Shown: positions 37,896-51,592 of the stretch, piece after piece
Layout: every line of letters begins with the position of its first letter
Position numbering within the stretch: position 1 is the first letter of the stretch
Made by a program: the position numbers and the translations under genes
The notes under the pieces: model-generated
What the model saw: only the letters and a program-made list of their open reading frames with translations
Database searches by the model: none
Told to the model about the DNA's origin: nothing
Source: Lytechinus variegatus
Lineage: Eukaryota
Reading direction: 5' to 3'
Assembly: GCF_018143015.1 (NCBI RefSeq)
Contig: NC_054742.1
Span: 58,284,853 to 58,348,852 of the forward strand
DNA length: 64,000 nucleotides

Positions 37896-38665
37896 GTAAG
37901 TCCATCAGCCCCCTTCCCCACTTTTTTCCCAAAACCGTGTACAAAAACGTAAAAATGACCATCTGATTGTGATTATTTTGCACGGTCAGCCCCCATTTTC
38001 AAAACCGTTCCGCGGCCTCTGCCCATCATGACTATTGTTTGTGTGTAGAAAAATGGATGGTGCCAGAAGGGACACAGCCCTTATCATTATTTAAGTGATT
38101 AAAATGTAATGAAAAGCAAAGCGTAGCAGGAGATCTATATAGGAAAGGGGTATTGAAAGAGAAAACTGTCGTTTGTCACGTGTATATATATATGAAGGAA
38201 CATTTATTGCGATATTTATGGAATTATATATATATATACACATATATATATCTATTCAAATTTATTTATATGAAAACATTATTTAAGTCATTGAAAGCAC
38301 TATAGAAGAGTCATAGTCGTGGAGCATACTATGTTTAACTTAATTGAACTTTTGAGAATAGCGCGATTCCACGTGAGAAAAAAACAGATTACTTCAGATT
38401 TAATGGAAAATAAAATCATGTTGAATGTTCTAAATAGCTCTATCCTTTAATTTATGCAGGGGTCATGGAATACGTATTTCTTTTGTAAGAAAATTTACTT
38501 ATTGATATAATTCTGGTAAAGCCAGGTGAATATCTTGGCCGGTCTTTTGGACTATTTTGTAAGCCCTTCACCCACTTCAAATCCTGTTCTATTGATGTTT
38601 TCCAATCTATGCATATTTTAAGAAAATGCCGTTTTCCCTTTTTTTTCCTCATCCTGTACTTGAAG

Positions 38666-38753
38666 TGTTGCTTGGAACTGTCGAAGTTCACAATGAGGGT
38701 TAAAGGCGATGCAGAGAAGGCATTGCAATGGATTCAGCCAGTCGTTACACATG
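38666..38753 (+). CDS. PARP4: Small PARP4 exon (CCLELSKFTMRVKGDAEKALQWIQPVVTH+G)
   Basis: A long polypyrimidine tract precedes the gaag|TGT acceptor. The donor is ATG|gtaaag (phase 1). It is needed to restore the reading phase between the flanking exons. Confidence 0.55.
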
Positions 38754-39382
38754 GTAAAGTTGTAAAAACAACACGTGTTTCTCCACACACACACTCGCCG
38801 TCACTCACCCATACAGGCATATACATGCGTACAAATTACGCAGGAATTGGCTTCAATAAAATGAGAAAATTGCAGCGACAGAGAATTACGGCATTATTAC
38901 TTATGTAATTATTCAAATGTTCGCCGCCGATCACCCTTTTCAGGATTTTCAATATATTATTGAATCTGGCGTGTATGGGTGCTCGTTTTGGTGTGCAGGT
39001 GGTGTTCGTTATTCTTATTTCAACAATTATTTGCATTAATAATAAGAACTATCATTAATATATATCATGTTGGTCATATTTGCTACTTTTGAATATGTGT
39101 TTGTAAACATCTTAAATGTCCTTAGAATAAAATGTATATTGAGTTCATTAGAAGTGTCAATAAAACATCAGTGAAATCGTAAATTATTATCCCATGATGA
39201 CGAATGAGAGAAGTTAATTTGAAAAATCATTTCCAATTTTAATTTCAACTCCATGATAGAACTTTACTAACTTGTTTTGGAATATTTTGTGAAGTTCAGG
39301 AAAATCTTTGTTCAGCTTAAGAATTAGTTCTACAGCAAGGTACACATTTTATGAAATTTTATATTTTTGTTATCATCAATAG

Positions 39383-39452
39383 TGACTGAGCAAGTGGAAG
39401 AGGAAGGGGAAGATCAAGCACTTGATACAACTGCCCGGGAGTATTCTCAGTT
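39383..39452 (+). CDS. PARP4: Acidic-linker exon of PARP4 (VTEQVEEEGEDQALDTTAREYSQ)
   Basis: Acceptor is caatag|TG (phase 1) and donor is TT|gtaagt (phase 2). Confidence 0.6.
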
Positions 39453-39764
39453 GTAAGTTAAATATATTTGACATATTAATATTCTATTCATACAAATCAC
39501 TATTAACCTTCACATAATTATAGAGCCAAAGGATTATCGATCATCCACGTGAGAACATATCATGTTCTCAAAGGAAAGGGGTGTGTCCAAAATTTTGAAG
39601 TTATCAATCATCCAGTTTTGCGTATTGTACGGAATACTCAGTATACTATATTATTTTTGTTGTTCGAAAAGTAATACTTTGATATTAAGAATTCAGTATA
39701 AATTGACTTTCTTCGAAATGATGAGCCATTAATCTTACAAATCATATTCCCAATTCGCTTCCAG

Positions 39765-39817
39765 ACTCCAAAACAAGGTGCGCCAAGGCCCGGCTGAAAA
39801 AGATGTCATTTCTCGTG
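39765..39817 (+). CDS. PARP4: Small PARP4 exon (LLQNKVRQGPAEKDVISRG)
   Basis: Acceptor is ttccag|A and donor is CGTG|gtacgt. Phase 2 in and phase 1 out. Confidence 0.6.
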
Positions 39818-40610
39818 GTACGTGTCATTACATTTCTTATTACATGTACCTCCCTTGTACTTTCTTAATTCTTTGTTTTGGAATTTATCCTAGTAGAATC
39901 TGAAAACCGAGAATTTCTGAGAATCAAAGGGCTTCGGAAAGTAGATTTATTTAGAGCAATTTTCAGTTTTTATAAAGTGAGTGCAGAAAACCTTTTTTAC
40001 ATTTTCAATAATCAAAATATGTCTTTACAATTTGGCTCCTTTTTTAATTCAGTCTTTGGGCATAGGATATTCATGGGATGATAATATTCCAAGTATCAGT
40101 TATTATAATGTGAAGCGTAGCACATAATATGATATTTTAATATCCTAGTTCTGGGGACATTTTCGTACACTTTACCCATCAGATGGGGACGTCCTATAAA
40201 ACCAGGGACGATTTATGGAGTCCAGATAACCATACAAAACAATTCCTCATCTCATTTCAAACCAATTCATATTAAGTAAACGCATGATTTGTGAAAATAT
40301 CCCGTTTGGCCAATTAAACTCAAGTCGTGTGTTTTAGGTTGAGGGTTGTCCCCGATTGGCGGACTATGTTAACGCTATGTCCGAAAATGAGCCAGGTTGG
40401 TGGATTAAATTCAAAATTTGGGTGTACGAGACCGCACATGCACGTCTCAACTTTGGAGATTAATGAAAAATATCGAGTGCCTGATTGTCAAATTACAAGA
40501 AACGGTGTGTGTGTGTGGGGGGGGGGGGTGTGGATGAATATTAGGGTGCGTGTGTGCGTTTGTAGTGTATTCACCTTACCTCTAACTTGATTTATATTTA
40601 TTGCACACAG

Positions 40611-42311
40611 CTACAGGATATGTCCAGAGAGGTCCAACTGCAGTCAGGCCTATAAGTCTAGCCAAAAAGGAAATTAGAAAAGCAGTTAAATACCAATCGA
40701 GAAGGACATTTCCTTTCTCTTCGTTCTTGAAGCCAAAGAAGAAGGAAAAGAAGAAAATGGAACCAATATCGTTCGCAATGCATTCCGCCGCACCTGCTGA
40801 GAGGAGGCAATTTCGTGGTGGTGTGGTGAGTATGTCGAGTAAACCTAAAGAAGAGAGAGCATTGGACCAAAGGGAAACCGAACTAGTAGATGATGATAAC
40901 AGGGCTACTACACTGGATCAAGCAACTCTAGATGAACTCAGGAGGCAAGCTACCCGACTTGAAGAACAGCTAAAAAAAGAAGACTCACTTCTAGCGTCGG
41001 TCAAAGTGTTTAAAAAGAAGAAATCGTTGGGAAGAAGTTCATTGTTTGGATGGGGGAAAGGAAAAAGCAAACGGGAAAAGACAGTAGTAAAGAGTAAGGG
41101 TGCGACTATTTCTATTGGTAGTGGTGAAAAAAAATACGAAGAGCGGGAAGAAGCTGCTAGATATCTACCATCTGCACGCTTGATGAAGTTTGCTGAGTCG
41201 GATAAGAAGGTATGTGATTCAACTGCAGAGTCTCGCCGGCCTTCACCCCCGGCCATGGATGCGGATGAGGATCGATCATTAGAAGCATCTAAAGATTCTT
41301 TACATGAGAAGGAAGGGGAAGATGAAACAACTTATGCATTATCAGCCGAGTACAGCCCGCCATCATCACCAGCATTAGCTAGGGCACGACCGATTGAGGT
41401 ACTGTCACAGGGGAGTCCGGAAACATCTGACGACGAATTTCAGCAAATGTACAGTCTACTGTCAGCATCAACTAAATCACGGTCACTATCTTCGACGCCG
41501 TCACCACCAGAAGTTTATCTGAAGTATGGGCCAGCCCGTCCGGAGTCTCCACCATCTCCACCGCTGGTACTAGGAGCGGAAGCTCCATTGCCATCACCAT
41601 CAGGACCACCACAACCTCCTCCAGTGCCTCCTACTTCTGGTTCCGTATTGACACGTAAGATGCTGGGAGTGACACGTAGGATGCTGGGAGTGTCACCTCC
41701 TCCACCATTGCCATCCCGCTCAATGCCCCTCTTCTCTTCTGCATCCTCCTCCGGATGCAGGCCCACCAATGCCGGGAGTGTCACCTCCTCCTGCTCCACC
41801 ATTGCCACCTCCTTCAGCAGGCCTGCCAACAAGTAGGAGGATGCCGGTAGTGCCACCTCCTCCTCCTCCACCATTGCCACCCCGCTCAATGCCCTCTTCT
41901 CTTCTGCATTCTCCTCTGGATGCAGCCCCACCAATGCCGGGAGTGTCCCCTCCTCCTCCACCAACGCCACCTCCTCCAGCAGGCCTGCCAACAAGTAGGA
42001 GGATGCCGGTAGTGCCACATCCGCCGACTGCCCCTCGATTCCAGCCTCGCTCAAAGTCATCTTCTCGCTTTGACAGTACTGATTTGAAATCGAAGGATAA
42101 ATCTGTCGCAGACCAAGATATGATGTTCGATTTAACACTTCTTAGTACTATTACCCCAATCATGGATGGTGATGATGATGATGAGGATGATATCATATGG
42201 GAAGATGGTGAACTAATGGAACCAAAGAAGACTTGCAAATCACCAATCATATTTAAAGAGTCAAAGAGGACAGTTTCGGATTTCAACCACGTGATGTCTT
42301 TACAAAATAAG
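40611..42311 (+). CDS. PARP4: Large exon for the disordered region of PARP4 (~1.7 kb, Lys/Ser/Pro-rich). It carries poly-Pro 'PPPPPLP' motifs and an internal ~165-bp tandem duplication. As assembled, an apparent +1 frameshift lies near 41726-41729.
   Basis: Acceptor is cacag|CT (phase 1, consistent with the upstream exon). The terminal donor is AAG|gtaagt (phase 0, consistent with the next exon). The 5' frame stops at 41836. The 3' frame (ORF 41769..42323) runs through to the donor. Confidence 0.6.
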
Positions 42312-42625
42312 GTAAGTTACTGAGAGATAATTGCAAATAAAACATGGGAATCAGTTCTGTGCAAATGTTGTTTTTATTTATCATATATGATGTGTTTTTT
42401 TATCATTCTTACAATAGCAAAGTATGTTTCAATTCATCCAAGATAATATTTATGTACCAGACCTTCATTTTTTGTTACAGCTTTTATGTTACTTGTCAGT
42501 TTCACATTCAAAATGAATCGGTTTCTAATATATATATAACCCTCGATCAAATTACCTGTAGCTTTTTTCTCTCGCATTGTGTGCTTTAATCTCTTCCTAT
42601 GAATGTTATTTGGTTACTATTGCAG

Positions 42626-42710
42626 GATGGTATGTGGTCATGGGAGGCTCATGGACACCTAATAGATGACTTGTTTGTGATCGATTTTCAGGATATATAT
42701 GCATTCTGTT
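42626..42710 (+). CDS. PARP4: Exon in the PARP4 C-terminal region (DGMWSWEAHGHLIDDLFVIDFQDIYAFC)
   Basis: Acceptor is ttgcag|GAT and donor is TGTT|gtaagt (phase 1). It matches PARP4 'EDGFWKLTPELGLILNLNTNGL'. Confidence 0.7.
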
Positions 42711-43206
42711 GTAAGTTGTAATCATAATTTGTTAATTTGAAGATGACTAACATCAATTATTTATTGCATCACATTCCATGCACTTAACTGAAACGAGCTA
42801 CAAAGATAAAACAAAAATGTTTTCACTGTATTAGAATATAGGCGAGGAAACAAGCCAACTAAATTCCTGTATCTACATACTGTTAATTACTTTATTATAT
42901 AATGTTTATTACTTGTTGATTATTTATTGTTGTTAACAGGGCCACATGGAAGACCACCAAGAAGGCGATAAAACTCTGCAACCCTGTATAAATATCAGAA
43001 ATAAATAAATGAAATTAATAGATAGTTAGATAGATAGATAAAATTTTGAAGTGTTAATAACGAATATGTTGGCCATCACTGGCTTTCCATTAATAACAAG
43101 ATATTGCTGTAAATGGTTGCATTCATTTTAGATGATGAAACTTAACGCCAGTTTTCGGTAGCGTTTGAACTGCTTTCAAATTGAAAAAAAATATCTTCCC
43201 ACACAG

Positions 43207-43463
43207 GCCAACTTCCGATTCTACCGTACGTGCGTCAAAATCTTCGCTCCATCCTTCTCACCCTCCTCCTGCTCATCTATCTGGAAGATGTTCTTCCGGA
43301 GGTTCTACCAAATTTGGAAGACACCTCTCCATCTAATCAGGATGCCAATGGTAAATTTGTGAACTACACGGAATGCACAGAGCGCGCGGAAGAATGGTTG
43401 AAACGCCGGGAAACAGATCAGCTACTATCTCTTAAGACGTTGCTATACAATAATCTTGGATAG
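43207..43463 (+). CDS. PARP4: Terminal coding exon of PARP4 (..QLPILPYVRQNLRSILLTLLLLIYLEDVLPEV...ANGKFVNYTECTERAEEWLKRRETDQLLSLKTLLYNNLG*)
   Basis: Acceptor is cacag|GCC (phase 1) and the stop codon TAG is at 43461-43463. It matches the PARP4 C-terminus 'RECLLDLIATMLVLQFIRTRLEKEG...SISRNIPWAFEAIKQASEWVRRTEGQ'. Confidence 0.7.
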
Positions 43464-44339
43464 ATAAGTTAATGATAAAAAAAGAGGCATTTGGCGTTGT
43501 TTTCGATCAATTATTTTCAGACTTTATGATCGTTGCAAGAAACTGACATCCAATATCAAATCAATTGCAATCAAGTCCCACAATCAAGCATAATTCTTTT
43601 GATTAAATAAATTAATGAATTAAGTAAATTTGTAGTTGGTTTATATTGCAACTCTACATTCTCGTTACAACCCATCGAGTTAGATGTTGGGTCTTGAATA
43701 TAAGTTTCTTCTAGGGCCCCATATTGTGATAGGTGAATAGACAGACGTCCAAGTGATTTCGGTGAGTTATCGATCTGCCTAGCCATGATATGTTTCCGTG
43801 AAGGGCAGAGTTTACGAATTTAAAACGTCGAGATTACAATACTTCTTTAGAGGACGATTACCAGAAAGATAACCACCATTTCTTTTCGAGATTATAGTTT
43901 ACATGGTGCTACCACAAACCTTATCATCCAGTCATCGATCTATTTTGTTATTAGGATGCTCCAAACTGAAGATATTTATATTTCCATAAATAGAGTAAAA
44001 TTCACAAATCGAAATCCTGAAAATTTGATTAAAATCGAATCGGATAACAAGTAACGGAGTTATTGAATTTAAAAATTTGCATTATTCCGGTGAAACAGTT
44101 CTAGGCATGTTTCATGAATATTCATTAGGTGGGCTAATAAAGTCATATCCCCACTTGTTCTTTTGTACTGTATGATGTGAAATTAGGTTTATTGAAAAAA
44201 AGTCTACCAAGAACTAAAACAATTGAATTGACAACTGATTAAGTGCATTAGTTATTTATTGCTGCAACTTATTTCATCATAATTTACACATGTATGAAAA
44301 ACTGAAACAATTATGATTTATTTTAATAATATACAGTAA

Positions 44340-44522
44340 GAAAAGGAATGTAGGATGTGACATCATAAGCCGACCTAATGTACCCGATCTGCTGAATAAA
44401 CTCTCCCAGCCCCCCGGACTAATAAATTTCTTGCTGAAGGAAACTACGCTGGGATTTAAACCCACGACCCTCTGTTTCAAAGTCCGGAGACTAATCCGCT
44501 AGCCTTAGGCCACAACTCTCCA
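44340..44522 (-). mobile_element. tRNA-derived SINE, minus strand
   Basis: The reverse complement reads GGAGAGTTGTGGCCTAAGGCTAGCGGATTAGTCTCCGGACTTTGAAACAGAGGGTCGTGGGTTTAAATCCCAGCG. Confidence 0.5.
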
Positions 44523-47089
44523 TATATTGATTTTTTTATATTATGAAATTGTTTAGTGTTCGATTTTAATTATTTAATTTTGATCTTGAACATCCAGCTA
44601 CTCTGTGAAATACCCATTCCTGTTTCATCAGATTAGTTTTAACAAGTTTTAAACGGATATTTCGGTTTTTATGATTATCAGTTCAAATCGCTTGTTAAAA
44701 TATAAAATCTACACTCAGTTGTGTTATATGTCCTAGGTGATTGCCTTTCTATTCATATTCTTTATCAGAGTGAACCTAATTTCGATAACAGTTCTTCAAT
44801 ATCATTTCTATGTATATGTTTTACTAATATATATTATACATCCATAACAACAAGAAGAGATTCAACTCATTTATTAATTCGGGTTGATGTATTCTTGTTC
44901 AGCGCTGAGGTGATTATTTTATTTACATATTAACATGTTTTCGTTCTTTTTGGTTTTAATCTCTTTTGCTATTTAACTCCAGTCCATCTCAATCTTTTAA
45001 TATTGCCCCCCCCCCTTTCTTTTTCTTCCTATTTTCATATCCAATATTATGTGTAGATGGTTATTTGTAATATATTTTTATGATTTTCCATAGGCAGCAC
45101 CCCCAGGAATTCTGGATGGTGTGGCAAAGATGGAGAAATGCAATTTAAATAACCTACACTTTGTACATAAGCCTCCCCCCCCTTCGCTTGTCAAATTTCT
45201 CGAGGCGAAAGTGTTCTTCATTTTGTAGAGAAACTTTTTTGTGTGTGTAAAAATTAATCGGGACCAAAATGGAAAATGACCTTCATTTTCTAGTGAATCT
45301 TTTTTTCTTTCTTTTCAAATTTACATCAGCACCTACCAGTCAGAAATCGTTCCCAGGGCCCTGTGTGTATTATATCATTCTTACGGTACTTTTTTTTCTC
45401 TGATGCATTATACGTGTACTTTATAGGGGATCTTATAAATAATTATGATAATTTATAAACAATAAGACAATAATATTTGGGATATTTTTGTCAGTTTCGT
45501 ATGATACATACGTATAATATAAGGACTTCCAGATGTCTATGAGAGAAAAACAGCTATGATGTACCAATTCGAATATGATCCAATAACTTTTGAAAGATAT
45601 TTTAATAACTGCACGCGTATATTGTCTAATGATAGTAGTACAGAATCATCGTCTAAACTTAATCAATAATAAATGCAATAGAATGTTTATTCCAAAGCAA
45701 CCCACGGTAATCGTAGGAAGTTATAATGGTATGCTTATGCAGTTGTTTTATAATTGAAATTTCCTGTGCTTTTTTAAATATCAAACTGCTTTTCTTATCA
45801 CACAGCATGTTATGATGTGACTGTAACCATGGTAACTGACATTACTCAGAAGGGACTTAGAAAATGGTGTAGAATCATACAGACATAAGCCATTTTTCAA
45901 AATCATTTGACATTATACCCAAGTCCATTGGATGGGATATGCAAACTACTGATCAATATTTACAATCTGTTTTAATTGCCATGAAAAAGTACTCACATTT
46001 TGTAAATGACGCTATTGAATTCCATGTAATGTTTGTATGTTTCCACTAGAGTTGAAACATTGACGAAGAAATTTACTGCCAATGTCATGTTAATTACCTG
46101 AATTTAACTTTAGTTTTAGTTTCAAATGAGTATATAGAAGGACATTTTATTGAAGAGAAAATACAAAAGAGCAGTTTTCATGCTTCATGAATGCATTGAT
46201 CTCTCTACTTTTGGTATTTTCTGCTACGTTGAATATCATAAATTGTCCATTACCTTTAATTGACTAATGTCGTAACTTTTAGTTTTCTTTAAATGCCGAT
46301 ATAATATTTATAGTAATGATTTTCTTTTACAATTTTATCAGTACAATAATGATAAATGGAGTAACCTAAACATATCAAATAATATGAGTAAAAGTATGAA
46401 TGATGTTCACAAAGTCATATAATTTGTTACATATGAAAGCATTTATTTTCATAATATCATTATCGCCATAATGCATATCTTACAAGTAAAAATATGTAAA
46501 GAAAATACACGTTATAAATATAACGTAGGAAACGAACACAAATATAACCAGCATTTCGTGCAGTGGAAATCTTGATTGTTTTCCAAATATATCTTTCCTC
46601 TATATACAGGTGAAAACAGCAACGATGGATATATGCATAATCACATATTACATGCATATTTAAACATTTGTTTGGGTTTTACTCATGAAATTGGCCTATG
46701 GCGAAATTAGACAAGATACTGTGTTTTGGCAAGACTGTCTAATTACTAAGTCGTCAAATTGTATCAAGCAGGACGACTTCATTAATCATCATTTATCTCG
46801 TCAGAAATTTGTCACACACAACCCCTTTTATTCAAACATTTACATCGTGGTGGTACACAGTGTCATTTCATATATGTCACAAGTGAAAGAAATTTTGAAG
46901 TCGAATCTGTCTGATTTGGCAGCAGCATATGCTAATACAGACTTTTACAATACTTATGTGGTGATTATGTATCTTAGCAATGCGTATCTGTTAAATATTG
47001 TGCTGCTTGTTTCTGCTGATAAGCATTAAGAAAATCATGCATCAAAACTTGGTTTAAATGATCACTGAAACGATATAATGCCCTAATAA

Positions 47090-48130
47090 GAAAGATGATA
47101 TCACAGTGAGTAATCACAATGTGTTCACAGTATGTCCACATGTGTAATGATGTCATGCACAAATTTAATGTGGAAATACTCAAATTTAATGATATGAAGA
47201 CAACTTTAAAGGGTGAACACCTCCTTGAGTGCTCACAGTGTGTTCACGTAGTGGATTCTATGAATGTAAGTGTGACCTTGCTGATTTTTGCGCATTTGAA
47301 AGTGTGAAGATTATTTCACTTTGTGTTCCACACTGTGGAAAATTGCGTTCTAGGGGTACTAACTTCCTGCTGGATATGAGATCATGATACCGCACAATGT
47401 GATCAAATACTAGGATATGATGTGTAGAGATGCGATTATTCATGTTAGAATGCTCAACCATACTGGAAAGAACAATGCCCCACAGTGTGTGCCACAGTCT
47501 GTTCACAGTGTGTAGCATAATGTGAAATCAACAGTGTGAATAGTCGACCATGTGAACATGCTGTAAACAGTCACACTGTCTATAAATGTCCACAGTGTGA
47601 AAACATCTTCAAACAGTTGAATTTGAGAATCTTAACAATGTGAATATATTTTCACAACACTGTGATCACACTGTGGACATCTGTACTGTAATATTGTTCA
47701 AGGTGTGTACACACAGTGGATTCTGTGAATATAAGTGATGTTTCCTTCCTTCTTTGTGTGAATATGAAATTCACAATGAGCATTTTAACAGTGTGAATAT
47801 GATAGCACATTGTGTTCCATACTGTAAACACAACATGAAGACACCGTGGAACACCGTAATCCAGGGAAACCAAAAAAACACACACACACACTTTGTCCTG
47901 ATTTGATGATGTGTGAGGATACGATTCACAATATTTAAGGCGGAGAGTTGAAAATGTGAAAATGATTTCAAATTGTGGACACGCACATCTGCTATGTGAG
48001 TGTTCTCAGCGTCTGCACATAATGGAGCTCTGTGAATGTGAGTCACAATAGCTTGAGCATTTCAACCGTTTGAAGAAAATTTCACTTTGTGTTCCACACT
48101 GTGAACACACTGTACACTAAGTTCTTTATC
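47090..48130. repeat. Degenerate tandem repeat family built on the CACAGTGTG/CACACTGTG palindromic motif (~150-170-bp units)
   Basis: GTGTTCCACACTGTG, CACAGTGTGAA and TTCACAATG recur. Confidence 0.55.
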
Positions 48131-51100
48131 GTGATTATTCCCATCCCCAAAATAAAGAGTGATTTTTATTCGTATAGTAGCAGTTTTTATTCACCTGGGG
48201 AGCGTTCCATCAACAGTTTTGTGCTACAAGTTAATTGTCAGATCTGATAACTTTCCTTGATTCTGTTAATGTGGTAAATGTCGGATGACTTGTCAGACTA
48301 AATGTCCGACAAGTCCTCTCAGGAAATGCTCATCTGGTCTACATTCCATGTTTTCTCTATTATAATGTAAACACCGTAAAATGCAATGTGGGAAAAGCTT
48401 ACAAAAAATGTAATATGGGGCAATCCTATTGGAAAATGTTAGGACCTAAATGTCATAATTTGAAAAAGATGTCCAAGTACAATCTACGAACTGGCTTATG
48501 AAAAGATGACTCATTTCATTTTCAAGCGCCCCAAGCATCAGTGGTCTTCACTGTGGGAGAAGGTTCAACTTTATTTCCGCCGTTCCTTTCTTCTTCAGAT
48601 TCTTTGCTCTTTGTACAAATACACCATCCAATCATCTCGTCCAGAAAGTATTCGCCTAGCTGGGCTATCGTCAGGAAACTTGCTCCTAAGAATAGACCAA
48701 GATTGCCTCCGAGTACGGCTGTATAGGAGGAAGAGTTACAGAAAGAAATATCGAGAGAGGAAGATAGAAAGTGGAATAAAGAGAATATTTTGATTTGATT
48801 TGATTAATTTATTGTTTCACATTCCACAAAAACATACATCTTGAACACAATTATGAATACAAGTCATGATGAAAAAAAATACATAGTTGTAGTATTTAAC
48901 AAGAAAATACAATTACGTGAAATATGAGGAACCTATTAAAAAGCAAAGCTTGTAAACATATAGGTTTGAAAGGGTAATGGAAGAAACGGACAAAAAAGGT
49001 AATCAAATATTTGTATATTAATTCCAATCCGATGTTATCTGTTTATTTTACCTTTTTTTTTTTTGGGGGGGGGGGTATTAAATATAGTCGCATTCTTAGT
49101 GTTTAACAGTGGGTATCATGTATCTAGAAATAATTTCTATTCATGTATCTTCGAGTAACAAGCAATTATGTCTAATGGAGACCTTATCAGTATTACTATT
49201 AAGCAGATAAGAGATGCGCAAAATGGATATTAATATTCATGAAGAATAGCATTTGGATGGAATAAGATATTAAACCAACTGGAATCATACGGAATCGATC
49301 GTTTATAATAATGGGAGTAAAAAATTCTGCTAAAATTTGTAATTCCTTACAGTCGGCGTGACTACGACTACACCACCATTTTAAGGTTTCCCTAATTCCA
49401 GTATTCCGTATTTATACACTCCATTTCTCTTCTCTTTGAATTCATTGATAATTAAAGAAACCATTTTACTGACTTTGAAACAGCGTTTTCATTTTAATGA
49501 AAGATTTATTCGTTCAAATTGAAGATTGAACAGAATGGTGCCTGTGTTTTGCAAAAAAAAGCAACAGAACAGTTTATGTCATTTGGAACACAATTTAAGA
49601 CCTTTTACTTACCTAGCAATGTGGCAAAGGTGTACTCTGGTAACATGTCAATGGTCTGGAAATTTAGAGCTTCGTAGTAAATTGAAACCACCGCAATGTT
49701 TTCGCTGCAATATTTCAAGGAAATATATACTTGCTAAAATAATCCCGCCGATTATGTAAATTTGGTGAATTGATTTGAAACAATAGCACATAATTAAATA
49801 ATTAAAAACAAACACTGAATAACGATGATAATAATGAACATAGTGATATAATGATAATAACAATAGTAATTAGAATAATTATAGTATTGAATCTACTAAC
49901 TCTACATTCTAATGATGATAATAATAATGATAATAATAATGAACATATTCATTTCAGAAGTGATAATAAAAGACCCATAGGGATTTCCATTTCTCTGTCA
50001 TTGAGAGTGGTCTATGATTTTTCAGACAATTCAAGGAATTTCAGGAACATATACAAGGAATGCATTTCTACCACGTATACCAATTCAGTTATTACACCTG
50101 GATGGATAATGGCAAACTAGTAATAATAATTTATGCTCGGCAATTCAATTGCATAGAATGATAAATCGTGTTTCTTTTCTTTCTATGGAGTTTCGCATCG
50201 CGACGCTCGACGGATTTAGTAACACAGTAAATGTATTGAAAATGCCCGTCAAATGACAATAAACAGCTGGGAGGACTTTGTCGAAAATTGGGAAACCGAA
50301 ATACCAGTTTCGCGCCCATTTTCGAATTTGGCGAATACAATATGAATTAATTAATAATCCAATCCATATTCCAGACGAAACTGCTGTTTTAATTCGCCAA
50401 TTTTCGACAAAGACGAACATTTCACAACAAATTATCTATGTTCTCAAATCTGTTTCGCGTCGTGGGGCGGGCTCTCCATTACCTGATGTAATCAGATGTG
50501 AAGTTGGTACTAGTGTTGGCGTAGAGTGCCTCTAGAAATAGTGGACGTAGTTTGCTAGTTGAGAGGGTGAAAGGGTAATTTTCCACGAGGCAGGGCGAGA
50601 AACACTCGCACGTATCTGAAGAGTTCAGGTTTCCCGAAATGAAATCAACTGAATTCAAAAGAAAAATAACAAATGATTAAATTTCATTTGTTTCTATCCC
50701 TGTTACTATATACCTTCTTGCTTCATTCATTTTTATTTGTTTGTATTTCAATACCTTTTGAAAGATAATAAAGGCCTAGTCCTACACTAGACTGTGAATA
50801 AATCAAAACATGGACATTTCGAAATAACATCAGTATTCTAAAATTCATCATAAGCATAATCTGCGCAAGATACTGATCCTTCACTGAATTGTCACATGAC
50901 AATGATAAACCAAACGTCTTCGAAGATATATCTCGTCATCCTTTATTTTGTCACATGTGTATAAGCTATTTAGTACTGCAAATTCTAGTGACGTATCAGT
51001 GGAAGGGAGGGGTGAGAAATAAATACGTTTGGCAATCGTGGATGTTGTTGTTGCTGTTGACAAGCAAAAACAAAGTTTTCTCGTTGAAAGGAAATTATGT

Positions 51101-51252
51101 GATTGCTTGTCATTGAATTAAACCACAACATATGAAAAGCATACACACAAAATGTTATCACAAATCCAGTAGGGTATATTTTTCTACTCTATTCTACACA
51201 CCCGACACCCCTGCTCCCCAGAGCCATGTTCATAAAGCTATTTATGACCTAC

Positions 51253-51463
51253 CTAAAGTAGGATGGGCGCACTCGTGGACGTCGGCCGGGCTGCACACGT
51301 CAGCATCGCCAGGCATCTCGGGAAGCCGACATCCACACTCGGCCTCGACGACCAGTGTCTCGCACTCTATTCTACAAGCCTGAAGAGAGTAGTGGCCGAA
51401 GTGGGTGATGATGTCCCCTCCGTCCGTTTCGCATTCCGTGTATGGCCAGGGCAGACTCGTGAT
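51253..51463 (-). CDS. ASIC-like exon (ITSLPWPYTECETDGGDIITHFGHYSLQACRIECETLVVEAECGCRLPEMPGDADVCSPADVHECAHPTL)
   Basis: Acceptor is ttatag|ATC and donor is TTAG|gtaggt. It matches ASIC1 '[49 protein letters not shown]'. Confidence 0.85.
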
Positions 51464-51529
51464 CTATAATGGGTGGACAAATTAAAATAGTTAATAAAGT
51501 TTATTTAACATAATACTTTACGTACAAAA

Positions 51530-51549
51530 CGTATTTATATATATGTATG

Positions 51550-51592
<43 letters not shown>
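51530..51592. repeat. (TA)n / (TATG)n microsatellite
   Basis: Read directly. Confidence 0.9.

Noticed and set aside
40918-42286. Three Gly/Ala-rich minus-strand ORFs (112, 207 and 188 aa)
   Set aside because: They are antisense to the proline-rich PARP4 exon. CCN codons read antisense give NGG (Gly) runs. The sense strand is supported by splice phase and homology.
48506-48793. A 95-aa basic ORF (..RKSYRKKYRERKIESGIKRIF)
   Set aside because: No recognisable homology and no splice context. It cannot be supported as a gene from sequence alone.
49648-49863. A minus-strand ORF containing 'IIGGIILASIYFLEIL', which vaguely resembles ENaC/ASIC TM2
   Set aside because: It lies in (AAT)n low-complexity DNA and lacks the G-A-S filter. 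No splice sites connect it in frame. It is probably coincidental.
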